The notes below the pieces were generated by a model. That model saw only the letters and a list, made by a program, of their open reading frames with translations. It ran no database searches and was not told the DNA's origin. DNA of 62,919 nucleotides, counting the filler, from Dicyema japonicum (taxonomy: Eukaryota > Animalia > Dicyemida), in assembly GCA_011109175.1 (NCBI GenBank). It is 14 parts of 13 records of this genome, joined end to end, with 100 filler letters (N's around TTAATTAATTAA, not from the genome) between each part and the next. Parts side by side here need not be neighbours in the genome. Positions count along the whole stretch, not along the records: positions 61,343 to 62,919 come from RDEW01000335.1; 13 more parts are not named here. One strand, 5' to 3'. Within the stretch, counting starts at the first letter, position 1; each line of letters starts with the position of its first letter. Below are positions 62,868-62,919 of the stretch, in pieces. The translations under genes and the position numbers were made by a program.

Positions 62868-62919
62868 TTACAAGTATTGCCAAAAACGAATTAATAGACA
62901 AAACAAGCTGTCATTAATT

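Overview
AT-rich eukaryotic (most likely metazoan) genomic DNA. It consists of 14 contigs joined by artificial 100-bp spacers (44 N + TTAATTAATTAA + 44 N), so adjacency across spacers is not biological evidence. The host genes are very compact and split by 20-28 nt spliceosomal introns, which is why the ORF track misses or fragments them. I reconstructed MEAF6/Eaf6, a 179-aa minimal EB1/MAPRE, a Pro/Gly/Gln/Tyr/His-repeat protein, a RACGAP1-like RhoGAP, PPCS, a PELP1/Rix1-like gene, SNRNP25 (U11/U12 25K), TGFBRAP1/Vps3, a lifeguard/TMBIM protein, a LysM+TLDc OXR1/NCOA7-like gene and one tRNA-Glu(TTC). Tiny introns at positions conserved with vertebrates suggest a reduced parasitic animal; a dicyemid is my leading guess and myxozoans the alternative (inference only). 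Most of the remaining sequence is degraded mobile DNA: R4/Dong-like and CRE-like REL-endonuclease LINEs, RTE-like and Jockey/I-like APE LINEs, a tRNA-headed SINE, hAT and pogo/Tigger relics, and a Ginger-like integrase element with perfect 22-bp TIRs. The most notable observations are a SINE whose 3' end matches the resident RTE LINE, the minimal EB1, a minor-spliceosome protein in a tiny-intron genome, non-canonical micro-introns, and many dispersed CRE 3' ends. Genes on contig 33070-46657 carry many single-base deletions in homopolymer runs, most plausibly sequencing error. All family assignments come from motif recognition from memory; no database search was run.
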